From an uncultured cyanobacterium (lineage in GTDB: Bacteria; Cyanobacteriota; Cyanobacteriia; Cyanobacteriales; CAWUOF01): 64,000 nucleotides of DNA. Under the pieces are notes generated by a model. It was not told the DNA's origin, searched no databases, and was given only the letters and a program-made list of their open reading frames with translations. Location of the stretch: assembly GCA_963744145.1 (NCBI GenBank), contig CAVUSO010000001.1:5056001-5120000 (forward strand), given 5' to 3'. A program made the translations under genes and the position numbers. Positions 52,967-64,000 of this stretch are shown piece after piece; the first letter of the stretch is position 1, and each line of letters opens with the position of its first letter.

Positions 52967-54712
52967 ATGGTAAATATTCCCAATGCAGCTAATCTAATTC
53001 CCTTAATGTTTCAGGCACAAGCGAAAGGGCGATCGCAACTTCAGTACATTGATAGTACCAAAGAAGCCGAGGAACAAGATTCTTACAAATGGGCTGCTCA
53101 GTGGACTGATAAAGCTTATCCCAATCCGCCAGAATTTGGTGATAAGACATCTACAAAAATCTATCAAATCCAGTGGCGTTTTGTTACTAATGGCGGACAA
53201 TATGAAGGAATTATTTTTCCTGCCCTTGGTGCTTTTGGGTTACCTTTTTATCCAGGTAGCAGTATGAAAGGCGCATTTTGTCAAGCTTGCACTGATGACC
53301 AGAAAAAACGCTACCGTTTGACTAAAAATGGTGATGAACCAAGTTTATTACGCTTTCACGGTGGTTATCCGGTGAATGATTGGAAGGAGAATTTAGTAGA
53401 TATTGTTCATCCACAACAAGGATGGCAGATCAAAACATCTAATACCGCTCAAAAACCAGGAGGTGAAACAGGTTTTGCCCTAATTTCTTTATGGCAACCT
53501 ATTATTAAATTTGGAATTTCTAGTTTATTACCAGAAACTAATTGGGATGAAGTTTGGGCAATTTGGGAAAAAGCTTTAGGTTATGGAATTGGCTGTCGTA
53601 CCAGTAGTGGGTATGGGTTGCCAAAAGAGCGTTTAAATGAGAAAGGAGAAGTGGATTGTCCGATCCAAGTTCAGGGGGAAGTTCTCTATAAAGCTCATTT
53701 AAAAGGACAGGGACAAGCGCCAACTTTGATCGATAAAACTCCGGAATTTCGCCCAAATATTTTTAGGGGAAGTTTGCGGAGTCATGCTTTGCGGATTTTT
53801 GGAGGATTAACGAATTCAAAAACCGCAGAAAAGTTAGTAGAAAATTTATTTGGTGGAGTGAATGATGGTGGAACTCAGGGATTATTAACTTGCGTGTTTC
53901 AATCCTCATCTTTAAAACTAGGTGAGTTTACTGATGGATATAACGAGCCAACTTACAAAGTAGCTGGAGAATTACGTTGGTTATTGATGTCACCCCGTCA
54001 ATTGGATGAAAACAAAAAGGAGGTACTGAAAAGGTTATTAAGGGCTTTAATGCAGTTTGCAATGTTATTTGGTGGTTTTGGTAAGTCGTGGCGACGGGTC
54101 GATCATCGCCTATTTCCCTATGAATATAAAAATCATAGAGGTCAATTTGAAAACTACTACGATCGTCATCAACCACTGATTGGCTGTCACTGGGAGTGGA
54201 ATAGAAATTCCCTAATAAATGCGACTAATATTCCCTCTTTGAATCGCGTTGCGTCGTTTATTAATAAACTGAGAGAAATTGCTGGTGAATGGATGCACCT
54301 AAATAACTTAGAACCGAATGAAAATCAATATTCTCCTTGGCGAGAATCTTGGCATCCTGAGACTGTGCAAGTATGGGGACGATTGGCTGATGGAGCTGAT
54401 CATTGTGTTGCTATTAAATGGCTTCATGAAGCTTATCAAAGAGCTGATCGTCGTACCGGAATACCTGAGTTAAGGATTAAAAAAACTTCTGTTACTGGTT
54501 GCATAAATAAAATTAGTAGGCTTTGGCTTCGGATGTATCCAGTAGTTCGGCTGGTAGACGATCTAAACAATCCAGGGAAGAAAATCCCAAAGCTGACTCC
54601 TAATTATCTGGAACTATTGACTATTTTTCCTGATGATTCAGATGATTTCAATAATTTTGTCAATTTTCTCGATTCAGAGCCAGAAGGGTTTCGACAGCTT
54701 TGGTCTCTTTGA
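52967..54712 (+). CDS. cmr6: Two-RAMP protein (Cmr6 with a Cmr1-like module), type III-B variant
   Basis: YPGSSMKG..GIGCRTSSGYG, then FRPNIFRGSLR..LFGG..GGFGKSWRR. Confidence 0.8.
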   Translation: MVNIPNAANLIPLMFQAQAKGRSQLQYIDSTKEAEEQDSYKWAAQWTDKAYPNPPEFGDKTSTKIYQIQWRFVTNGGQYEGIIFPALGAFGLPFYPGSSMKGAFCQACTDDQKKRYRLTKNGDEPSLLRFHGGYPVNDWKENLVDIVHPQQGWQIKTSNTAQKPGGETGFALISLWQPIIKFGISSLLPETNWDEVWAIWEKALGYGIGCRTSSGYGLPKERLNEKGEVDCPIQVQGEVLYKAHLKGQGQAPTLIDKTPEFRPNIFRGSLRSHALRIFGGLTNSKTAEKLVENLFGGVNDGGTQGLLTCVFQSSSLKLGEFTDGYNEPTYKVAGELRWLLMSPRQLDENKKEVLKRLLRALMQFAMLFGGFGKSWRRVDHRLFPYEYKNHRGQFENYYDRHQPLIGCHWEWNRNSLINATNIPSLNRVASFINKLREIAGEWMHLNNLEPNENQYSPWRESWHPETVQVWGRLADGADHCVAIKWLHEAYQRADRRTGIPELRIKKTSVTGCINKISRLWLRMYPVVRLVDDLNNPGKKIPKLTPNYLELLTIFPDDSDDFNNFVNFLDSEPEGFRQLWSL

Positions 54713-54825
54713 TCAAATCTTGGTGTTGGATCAATACAGCAGAGGTTCTACCGGCAGAGGTTCCATCGGAACCTCTCTACCAGGTCGTTAATATTAGATC
54801 CGAGTTGTCTGGGATATGAGATAGA

Positions 54826-55254
54826 GTGAGTTCATTTAGGTGATCTGTGGGGTTGGGCGGGTTCATCAATACCTCGACTGCGCTCGGCACAAGGGTTATT
54901 TGTGTGTTGCAAATTCATCGGTGAACCCGCCCCTACAGGTGATCGAATTTCCGATGTTTAAACAGATTTTCTGCCTGTCGGATTCATCAAATTCGCTCGG
55001 TTTGGCGGTGGAGCGGTCGGACTAATGGTATAAGTTCCAGAACACTTGTGTCGAACACTTGCTCTGAGTTTACCCTGAGCGTAGTCGAAGGGTAGTCGAG
55101 ACATCAAGATTAAATGAGCTCATCAAAATGTCTTGTCGATGAATCAATGCCCACCATCAACCAGGATTTGTAGGGGCGGGTTACCGCTAAACTTGCCACA
55201 CACAAATAACTATAACGAACCCGCCCACCCCACAGATCACCTGAATGAACTCAC
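54826..55254. mobile_element. MITE-like element with long terminal inverted repeats
   Basis: gtgagttcatttaggtgatctgtggggttgggcgggttc ... gaacccgcccaccccacagatcacctgaatgaactcac. Confidence 0.7.
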
Positions 55255-55381
55255 CCCATCTGACATCACAGACAACACTGCTATACTTCATAAACAGGTC
55301 ATAGGCTTTATCATATTAACAGACTTAAGTGATTAATTATCGCCCGAATGCTTCGCCCCTACCAGGATGATTTACCAAGGA

Positions 55382-58108
55382 CTACCGATCATGCTCCCAT
55401 TGTAATTGGGGTAATTGATCCATTGTTAAGCGTGTATCCCATAATTGAATATAGGAATTACTTGAATTTCCTGGTTCAAATTCCGCATGGGTCGCTAAAT
55501 GGATGATGGGAAAAGGTATGTGATTTCGAGCTGATTTAAGATTAGTTAAAGTAAAATTTTCATTCAGAAAAGATTGACCTTTCCATAATTGTGGTGTAAT
55601 GGTAGAAATTTCGGTCTGCACCGCAGGTAAAGCATTTTGGGTTTTAAATTTATCCGCACCCATGGCTAAAACTTGTTGATTTTTGAGGGATTGATAGCGA
55701 TTATCAGTTAAGCTGATACTAGGAATCATTCCCAAGCTATATTGTTCAATTAAAAAATGTTTACCATCATGTAAAGCTGCTAAGGGAATCAGACGTAATC
55801 CCGCATCCATTGAAAAAATTAGGGTATCAACTTTGAGCGCATCAAGATCAGATTTGAGTGGGGAAATTAACCAGGAATAAAGTTGTTGTGCTGGAGCTAG
55901 GTAACTGTTTGTATGACGTTGACTAGGAGCAGCAATATTATCACGAAATTTCCCTAATGTCTCTAGTAAAAGCTGACGATTAGCGTTAGTAACAGTTTTG
56001 AGGATTGGTGGTCCTTCGGGAACAACTAATAATAATTGTAAATGCTCTTTATAAGCGATCGCATAAACAATAACTGGATTAGTTTTAGTTTGGACAGCAA
56101 TTTTTTTCAGAATATTTCTAATTCCTTGAGCAGTAACTTTGGTGTGAGGATGATTGGTAGATGAGTTATTTTCATATTCGTTAGTGCGGATTTCTTCGAT
56201 TTGAGCGATCGCTGTATCTAAGTTACCCGCATCGATAGTAGTCGCGATCGCTTGACGAGCAATTTCTAGGTTGGGTAGATTGGTAATTGAAGGAGTTGTG
56301 GTGGATGCGATCGTTTGGGTTGTTGGAGTTGGTGCGATCGTTTGTGGAGTTGTTGAATTTGTTGGAGTTGGTGCGATCGGGTCCGAATTAGTAGAAGGTT
56401 TGGTAATCGCATTTACTGCTAACGATGATTGAATGGGAATAGAATTAATTGGTAATGTAACTGAATCAACTGCTCCGGAAAAAACATAATTATTGACTGG
56501 TGAACTGTAAAAATTTGGCAGCACATCAGCATTGATTGTGAGAATTGGTTGATTAGAAATAAACCAAACAAAGTTATAATTTCCAGTTGTCGAGTTTTGA
56601 TTAATAGCAGTTTTAGCACCAAGGAGATCACCAATTAAATAAGCTAAAGACTCGAATTGATTTTGAGGTATATTGGTTGAAGGTGTTGAATTTGAACTGA
56701 CTGTTCCAGAATTAACTGGAGCAGGGTTTGAATTTACTGTTCCAGAATTAACTGGAGCAAGGTTTGAATTTACTGTTCCAGAATTAACTGGAGCAGGGTT
56801 AATCCCAGGATTTGGATTAACATTAGTTATTGATCCAGAAGTGGTACTTGTGGAAATAGTATTTGTCTGAGAAACTAACCCGGAGATATTATTTGTCACA
56901 CCAGTGATAGGATTGGTAGTAGTGACGACACTGTTGAGATTAGAATTAGTCGAAGTTTGAGAGTTAGCAATTGTACCAGAGTTGGAAATATTAGAAGTAG
57001 ATCCAGAGTTAGTATTAGCAGAAACTGGAGCTGGAGTTGGAGAACTTGATGGTGATGGAGAAACTGGTGCAGAAATCGAGATAATTTGGAGATTATTTGA
57101 GTCTTGAGTATAAGTATTCAAGTAAGATGAAGTCGGTGCAATAGTTTGTGCTAATATTGCCAGGATTATTGGTTACAGTTCCTGTAATCAATGCACCATA
57201 GCTGACATCTATTCCCTGTTGACTATTAAGAACAATATTACCACCAGATGTGTTTCCATCTGCTTGAAGATAACCACTAATAATATTGCCATTAGTAGTA
57301 GTCATTTTAATATCTCCACCATTACCCATGTTAGAATGAGTAGTAATCGCTGATGCTGAAGTAGTATTAATATCACCAACGCTCTGTAATGTAATATTAC
57401 CAGCATTACCAGAGTTAGAATTAGCATTGATTACGGGTATCGCACTATTACCACCTGTCGTAATATTACCATTAGTCGTGTAATTGATCCATCGGGTGCA
57501 TTTAATTTCCCTGTACTAATCACCGTACCTCCTAATAAGGTTAAGTTCTGTTTTGGTGCTAGAGTTAAATCCCCTGTATTGACAATATTTCCTGGTGATA
57601 AGGTAGTAAAAGCAAAACTCTGAGGATCTCCTCCTAATAAAGAGTAGTTATTATTACGGTTGATATCTAACCAATTAGTACCAATTCCAATTTGATTAGC
57701 TGTAGTAACTGTAAACGAACCTGGTAAATTTAAACTTGCATTTGGACCAAATATAATCCCGCTCGGATTGATTAAGAATAGATGGGAATTACCACCAGTA
57801 ACTTGAAGTAAACCATTAATTTGGGAAATACTTCCTCCTTTAATTATACTGAGAATATTCTGAATATTGGGCTGAGATTGAAAATTCGCTATTTGTCCAG
57901 AATTAAGATTAAATTTTGTAAAAGTATAAAAAAGATTAGTCCGATCGCTTGACAATTGTCCGCCATTAATAGTAAATTGGTTGCGATTGCGATTCACGAT
58001 CGTATTAGTCCCATCAACCGCAGGAATAATTGGTTCCGCAACTGCACTTAATCCCGCGATCGCACCATAAAACGATAGGGTAGCAAATAATCCTGTTATT
58101 CTTTTCAT
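55382..58108 (-). pseudogene. Filamentous haemagglutinin N-terminal domain plus CHAT-domain protein, fragmented and 3'-truncated
   Basis: NLFYTFTKF..LFLINPSGIIFG (TPS domain); QQLYSWLI, IPLAALHDG, HLATH (CHAT); two frame breaks; ends before the LSAC motif. Confidence 0.8.
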
Positions 58109-58287
58109 GTTGAGTATATTTACGGGAAAAACTAGATTAAGATCTGTTCAAGACACCCTGGATTTTTAGGAAAACACTACTATTTAGATATTTCCCTGTT
58201 TAGCATAATTTCTTGCACATTTAATAAAAAAAGCTGATCTTCTCAGTAGATAATTAAAAATGGTCAATTGACCAAGGAACCCGAAGT

Positions 58288-60708
58288 ATGTTTGAACTCC
58301 TAGAATTGATTGTGGAAAGTGATGAAAAAGTTGATTTAGGTCAATTTTTATTGTGGTTGCGCTCTCAACAAGAAAAAAAATATCTATTAAGAAACGATAT
58401 CTTGTCTGCATTTTTTAGTTATTACAAAAGTCAAAAGAAAACGGATGGAGATTACCAGTCTTCTGCTTTGGTAAAACTGATCTATTGTACTCAAGAAATT
58501 ATGATCGAGGGAGAAAGTTATTGTTTCGTAATCCGACCAAAAATTGCCCAACAAGAAATCTTTCGGATTGCAGCAGATTTGTCAATTACTCCGCTTAGTA
58601 CCCAGGAATTGCTAGATTTTCGCGATCGCTTAGTAAATCGTTCCCATCCCGAGGAAGGAGATGTACTAGAAATTGATTTCCAACCTTTCTACGACTACAC
58701 TCCCACAATTCGCGATCCGAAAAATATTGGTAAAGGGGCACAATTTCTCAACCGTTATTTATCGAGCAAATTGTTTCAAGAGCCAAAGGAATGGTTAGAT
58801 TCTTTATTTAAGTTCTTGAGTCTACATAAATACGATGGGATGCAATTATTGATCAACGAGCGGATTCAGACCCAAACGCAACTTTCTATCCAAGTTAAAC
58901 AAGCTCTAGAGCTAATTAGTAAACGTCCAAGTGATCAACCATTTGCTAGTTTCCGATTTGAGCTACAAAGCATGGGATTTGAACCAGGATGGGGAAATAT
59001 TGCTAGTCGAGTCAGAGAATCCTTAGAACTATTAGATAGTCTAATTGACTCCCCCGATCCCCAAACCCTAGAAGAATTTCTGTCTCGGATTCCGATGATC
59101 TTTCGGATTGTTTTAGTATCACCCCACGGTTGGTTTGGACAGGAAGGAGTATTAGGACGACCAGATACAGGAGGACAAGTAGTCTATGTTTTAGATCAAG
59201 CTAAAAGTCTGGAACAACAACTCCATGAAGATATTGCTCTTTCAGGACTTGATGTTCTGAATGTACAACCCAAAGTGATGGTATTAACTCGTCTCATTCC
59301 GAACAGTGATGGGACTCGATGTAATCAGCGTTTAGAGAAAATCTATGGTACTACAAATGCGTGGATTTTGCGAGTTCCCTTCCGAGAATTTAACCCCAAA
59401 ATAACCCAGAATTGGATCTCTCGGTTTGAAATTTGGCCCTATTTAGAAACCTATGCGATCGATGCTGAACGAGAATTATTAGCAGAATTCCAGGGTCACC
59501 CGGATCTGATTGTGGGGAACTATTCAGATGGAAATTTAGTAGCATTTTTACTAGCTAAACGTTTAAAGATTACTCACTGTATTATTGCCCATGCACTGGA
59601 AAAATCTAAATATTTATTTAGCAATCTCTACTGGCAAGATTTAGAAGACAAATATCATTTTTCCCTCCAGTTTACTGCGGATTTATTAGCGATGAATGCT
59701 GCCAATTTTATCATCAGCAGTACCTATCAAGAAATAGTCGGCACCCCTGATAGTGTGGGGCAATATGAATCTTATCAATGTTTCACCATGCCAGAATTAT
59801 ACCATGTCGTGAATGGGATTGAATTATTCAGTCCGAAGTTTAATGTTGTACCTCCGGGGGTAAATGAAGCTTATTTTTTCCCCTATACCAATACTACATT
59901 ACGGAGGGAACAAGCGCGTCTGGAAGATTTACTATTTACCTTAGTAGATTCTAGTCAAGTCTTTGGTGATTTGGATGATCCAAAAAAACGCCCAATATTT
60001 TCCATGGCTCGTTTAGATCGGATTAAAAACTTAACCGGATTAGTCGAATGTTTTGGTAAAAGTGAAGCTCTGCAAGAATCCTGTAATTTAATCTTAATTG
60101 CTGGTAAATTAAAGGTAGAAGAAAGTAGCGATCGCGAAGAAATAGATGAAATTGAAAAACTTTATCGCGTGATTGATCAATATCACCTGAAGGGCAAAAT
60201 CCGTTGGTTGGGAGTACGACTATCTAAAACCGAAACAGGAGAAGTGTATCGATTGATAGCTGATCATCGGGGAATATTCGTCCAACCTGCTTTATTTGAA
60301 GCATTTGGGTTAACTATTTTAGAAGCAATGATCACTGGATTACCTACTTTTGCGACTCGTTTTGGTGGACCATTAGAAATTATTCAAGATCGGGTAAATG
60401 GTTTTTATATTAACCCCACCGATCTCGAAGGAATGGCACAAATTATTCTCTCCTTTATCAAAAATTGTGAGCAAAATCCTCAATATTGGCAAGATATTTC
60501 CCAACAAGCGATTAATCGTGTTTACAGCTCTTATACTTGGCAAATTCATACTACCCGTTTACTTTCTCTTGCCCGAATTTATAGTTTTTGGAACTATACT
60601 TCCCAGGAAAAACGAGAGGATTTACTGCGTTATATTGAGGCTATTTTCTACCTTCTATTTAAGCCCAGAGCGCAGCAATTACTAGCAACGCATATCCAAC
60701 GGAATTAA
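58288..60708 (+). CDS. susA: Sucrose synthase
   Basis: SPHGWFGQEGVLGRPDTGGQVVY, HALEKSKY, EAFGLT; 806 aa. Confidence 0.93.
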   Translation: MFELLELIVESDEKVDLGQFLLWLRSQQEKKYLLRNDILSAFFSYYKSQKKTDGDYQSSALVKLIYCTQEIMIEGESYCFVIRPKIAQQEIFRIAADLSITPLSTQELLDFRDRLVNRSHPEEGDVLEIDFQPFYDYTPTIRDPKNIGKGAQFLNRYLSSKLFQEPKEWLDSLFKFLSLHKYDGMQLLINERIQTQTQLSIQVKQALELISKRPSDQPFASFRFELQSMGFEPGWGNIASRVRESLELLDSLIDSPDPQTLEEFLSRIPMIFRIVLVSPHGWFGQEGVLGRPDTGGQVVYVLDQAKSLEQQLHEDIALSGLDVLNVQPKVMVLTRLIPNSDGTRCNQRLEKIYGTTNAWILRVPFREFNPKITQNWISRFEIWPYLETYAIDAERELLAEFQGHPDLIVGNYSDGNLVAFLLAKRLKITHCIIAHALEKSKYLFSNLYWQDLEDKYHFSLQFTADLLAMNAANFIISSTYQEIVGTPDSVGQYESYQCFTMPELYHVVNGIELFSPKFNVVPPGVNEAYFFPYTNTTLRREQARLEDLLFTLVDSSQVFGDLDDPKKRPIFSMARLDRIKNLTGLVECFGKSEALQESCNLILIAGKLKVEESSDREEIDEIEKLYRVIDQYHLKGKIRWLGVRLSKTETGEVYRLIADHRGIFVQPALFEAFGLTILEAMITGLPTFATRFGGPLEIIQDRVNGFYINPTDLEGMAQIILSFIKNCEQNPQYWQDISQQAINRVYSSYTWQIHTTRLLSLARIYSFWNYTSQEKREDLLRYIEAIFYLLFKPRAQQLLATHIQRN

Positions 60709-60884
60709 AATTGGGATTGGTCTAATCTAGAAATTAAATAATTAATTTGCTTGGTAGAGGGATCTCGGTCAAGAAGGGTTTACCCTGAGCGTAGTCGAAG
60801 GGCGAAGCATTCGGATATAACATTAACGGGTTTAATCAATAAATTGTCGCCCGAATGCTTCGCCCCTACAAAATGTATTAACAT

Positions 60885-61886
60885 TTAACCGTGGCGTTTT
60901 TGGTGCCATTTCCAAGCATGACTAATAATTTCTTTCAGCTCTGAATATTGAGGACTCCAATGAAGTATTTGTCTAGCTTTGGTACTGGTTCCGACTAAAA
61001 ATGGTGGATCTCCAGGACGTTGATCGCACTCTAAACATTTAATCTCTTTTCCGGTTACTTCCCTAGCCACATTAATCACTTGCTTAACGGAAAAACCATT
61101 CCCATTGCCTAAATTAAAAACTTCCGTGTTTCCACCTTGCAATAAATATTCTAACCCCAAGATATGAGCAGTGGCTAGATCAGTAACATGGATATAATCA
61201 CGAATACAAGTCCCATCAGCAGTAGGATAATCAGTCCCAAAAATTGTGACTGATTCCTGTTTTCCTAAAGCTGTAAATAACACCAAGGGAATTAAATGGG
61301 TTTCTGGTTGATGATCTTCTCCTAACAATCCGGTAGGATCAGCACCTGCGGCATTAAAATAACGGAAGCGCACTGATTTAAAATCATAAGCAGAATCAAA
61401 ATCAGAGAGAATTCGCTCCACCATCAACTTACTAGCACCATAAGGATTAATCGGGTGTTGAGGATGATGTTCGGGAATGGGAATTTCTGTAGGTATCCCG
61501 TAGGTAGCACAAGTAGAAGAAAACACAAACTTTTTCACCGATGCAGCTAACATGGCTTCTAGGAGCGTTAAGGTGCCGATTACATTATTATGATAATATT
61601 TAGCCGGTGCCGTAACCGACTCTCCTACATAAGCATAAGCCGCAAAGTGGATCACAGCGGCAATATTATAGGTGCTAAATATCTGATCTAATAAGTGGCG
61701 ATCGCTAGTATCTCCTTCAATCAGTTTAACTTGCAATACTTGTTCGACCAGATCCCGATGTCCATATACTAGATTATCTAAAACAATTACTTCATAACCT
61801 GCTCTACTCAGAGCTAAAACAGCATGAGAGCCAATATATCCTGCACCACCTGTCACAAGTATGGTTAATTTGGCTGAAGACATCAA
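60885..61886 (-). CDS. galE: UDP-glucose 4-epimerase
   Basis: GGAGYIGSH, YGASK, RYFNAAGA, RDYIHV. Confidence 0.95.
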   Translation of the reverse strand: MMSSAKLTILVTGGAGYIGSHAVLALSRAGYEVIVLDNLVYGHRDLVEQVLQVKLIEGDTSDRHLLDQIFSTYNIAAVIHFAAYAYVGESVTAPAKYYHNNVIGTLTLLEAMLAASVKKFVFSSTCATYGIPTEIPIPEHHPQHPINPYGASKLMVERILSDFDSAYDFKSVRFRYFNAAGADPTGLLGEDHQPETHLIPLVLFTALGKQESVTIFGTDYPTADGTCIRDYIHVTDLATAHILGLEYLLQGGNTEVFNLGNGNGFSVKQVINVAREVTGKEIKCLECDQRPGDPPFLVGTSTKARQILHWSPQYSELKEIISHAWKWHQKRHG

Positions 61887-62051
61887 GGATACCTTTTTAT
61901 TTAGTGTTTTTTTAATCTAACATTGATATTTTGCCCAATCGCAACGGCACAATCTCAATGGGACTGGATGCTCAAATCGGTTTTTTAGTCTAAATTGACT
62001 AAAAGAAGGCTCAAATTATTGAGCTTCACCAATCACTATGGAGTTTAGCTC

Positions 62052-63551
62052 ATGCTTGATACCCTGGATTTAAGTGTTTCTCTAGATAAAGATACCTACC
62101 GCTCGAAAATTGAAGCACTCATGGAGCAATTGCGATCGCTTCAGCAAGCTTGTTGGGAGAAAAAATTACCGATGATTGTGGTATTGGAAGGATGGGCTGC
62201 TGCTGGTAAAGGTGCCTTAGTCAAAAAAGTTGTCAATTATATGGACCCACGCGGATTCACCGTGCATCCAATTTGGCCCGCATCACCCCACGAACAACAT
62301 TATCCCTTTTTATGGCGTTTTTGGCAACGTCTACCAGCCCGTGGCAACATTGGATTTTTTTACCATAGTTGGTATACTCATGTACTAGAAGACCGACTGT
62401 TTGACCGATTAGCAGATGCAAAAGTTCCCACAGTCATGCGTCAAATCAATGCTTTTGAACGGGCTTTAGTCGATGATGGGGTCGCGATCGCTAAATTTTG
62501 GATTCATTTAAGTCAAAAAGAATTAAAACGTCGCTTAAAGAAATATGGTGAAGATGAATTAGAAGCATGGAGAGTACGTCCCGAAGATTGGCAACAAGCG
62601 AAAAATTATGATAAATATGCTGCTTTTGCTGAAGATATGGTCATTCAAACTAGCACTGGTCCAGCTCCCTGGACTTTAGTAGAAGGTGACTGTCAACGTT
62701 GGGCTCGGGTCAAAGTCTTAACCAAAATGACCACAACCATTATCGAAGCACTGGATCGGTTGCACGCGATCGCACCTGTCCCACCGTTACCACCACAGAA
62801 AAATCTAGAACCGACGGAACCAAATTTTTTAGATCAAATTGATTTGAATCTCAGTTTGACCCAAGAAGAATATAAACAACAGTTACGCAAAGAACAAGTC
62901 CATCTGCGGAAGTTACAACTAGCTATTCACAAATATCATATCCCTGTCTTAGTTTTATTTGAAGGTTGGGATGCTGCGGGAAAAGGGGGTGCAATTAAAC
63001 GCTTAACCGATGTATTAGATCCTCGGAGTTATCGAGTTACTGGTTTTGCTGCTCCTGTCGGTGTAGCTAAAGAACATCATTATCTCTGGAGATTTTGGCA
63101 AGAATTACCTCATGCGAGTGTGATTGGGATTTTTGACCGGAGTTGGTATGGTCGAGTTTTAGTTGAAAGAGTGGAAGGATTTGCGACTGATTTAGAATGG
63201 CGTCGAGCTTATCAAGAAATTAATGAGTTTGAAGAACAATTAATTACCGCCGGCTATGTTTTGGTAAAATTCTGGTTACATATTAGTCAGGAAGAACAAT
63301 TAAACCGTTTTACGGAACGCCAAAATAATCAGTTTAAACAACAAAAACTGACTGATGAAGATTGGCGCAATCGGGAAAAATATCCATTTTATAATGTAGC
63401 GGTGAACCAAGCAATACAACGCACTAGTACACCGATCGCACCTTGGACAATCGTAGCTGGAAATAACAAATATTATGCTCGAGTCAAGATCATTCAAACT
63501 GTAACCCAAGCCATTGAAGCTGAACTTAAACGTCGCCATCACCAAGATTAA
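62052..63551 (+). CDS. pap: Polyphosphate:AMP phosphotransferase (two PPK2 domains)
   Basis: EGWAAAGKG and EGWDAAGKGG, FDRSWY. Confidence 0.9.
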   Translation: MLDTLDLSVSLDKDTYRSKIEALMEQLRSLQQACWEKKLPMIVVLEGWAAAGKGALVKKVVNYMDPRGFTVHPIWPASPHEQHYPFLWRFWQRLPARGNIGFFYHSWYTHVLEDRLFDRLADAKVPTVMRQINAFERALVDDGVAIAKFWIHLSQKELKRRLKKYGEDELEAWRVRPEDWQQAKNYDKYAAFAEDMVIQTSTGPAPWTLVEGDCQRWARVKVLTKMTTTIIEALDRLHAIAPVPPLPPQKNLEPTEPNFLDQIDLNLSLTQEEYKQQLRKEQVHLRKLQLAIHKYHIPVLVLFEGWDAAGKGGAIKRLTDVLDPRSYRVTGFAAPVGVAKEHHYLWRFWQELPHASVIGIFDRSWYGRVLVERVEGFATDLEWRRAYQEINEFEEQLITAGYVLVKFWLHISQEEQLNRFTERQNNQFKQQKLTDEDWRNREKYPFYNVAVNQAIQRTSTPIAPWTIVAGNNKYYARVKIIQTVTQAIEAELKRRHHQD

Positions 63552-63692
63552 CTTAGGAATAAAAATTAAATAATAGATAGGTAGTAGCCCTAAGAGCGTC
63601 CTGACCGCGCTTACTACAAACGAGTCAATTATTTAATTTCTACCCCTGAGATACCTAACTGTTCACCTAACTATTAATTTTCAGTTATTTTT

Positions 63693-64000
63693 ATGTTTCC
63701 ATCTTTAACTGCTGTACTGATAATTATGCTCATCTGTGCGGGGATAGTATATGTGGTGAGGAATTTATTTGTCATCAATATTTATCCAACTTATCTCTCC
63801 GGGGTACTGATTTTAATTCTGATTGGGGGATTTATCGCTGGATTTCAACAAAATTGGCGCGATATGCTCGCAGCAATTTCGGCGATTCTGTTTTTTCCAT
63901 TACGACCTCTTGGATTAGGAATATTTATGCTAATTGGTGCATTTATTAGCATCGGGAAAGATAAAAAAATTTCGGATTTAGGACGAAATCAACTATTAGC
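63693..64000 (+). CDS. Membrane protein, partial (runs off the window)
   Basis: Open hydrophobic frame starting MFPSLTAVLIIML. Confidence 0.55.
   Translation, partial: MFPSLTAVLIIMLICAGIVYVVRNLFVINIYPTYLSGVLILILIGGFIAGFQQNWRDMLAAISAILFFPLRPLGLGIFMLIGAFISIGKDKKISDLGRNQLL

Noticed and set aside
56690..56800. 30-bp tandem repeats (NSGTVNSNPAPV)
   Set aside because: Low-complexity coding repeats in the FHA-CHAT linker; no spacers, so not a CRISPR array
55382..57121. CHAT protease as a Craspase/TPR-CHAT type III effector
   Set aside because: It is a secreted FHA-CHAT type on the opposite strand, truncated before the catalytic Cys

Overview
Cyanobacterial genomic window (abundant HIP1 GCGATCGC, low GC, sucrose synthase, Uma2/DUF29 genes). 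The left ~25 kb and the last ~9 kb are mostly housekeeping or accessory genes: toxin-antitoxin debris, a tandem APC permease pair, purH, three 2OG-Fe(II) oxygenases, amiC, two membrane adenylate cyclases, ilvC, amidase, trpG/pabA, a desaturase, an FHA-CHAT relic, sus, galE and ppk2/pap. The centre (~25.3-54.7 kb) is a defence island. It holds a type III-B-variant CRISPR-Cas locus (HD-less Cas10, cmr3/4/5, a two-RAMP cmr6-like gene, Csx1-like CARF-HEPN, tandem Csx3 plus NTPase, WYL-type regulator, RT, cas1, cas2 and a ~61-repeat array; no cas6 seen). Divergent from its left end is a five-gene bacterial ubiquitination-like operon (NYN RNase, coiled-coil/TM protein, Ubl, E2-like, JAB-E1 fusion). 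A ~120-140 bp non-coding element next to this operon recurs just upstream of cas10. RT and cas1 can be joined by a -1 shift in an A9 run. Several spacers hit the same peptide motifs in related viruses. Single-base indels in purH, ilvC and the amidase suggest assembly errors, so all frameshift calls need caution. Family assignments come from motif recognition by eye; no searches were run.
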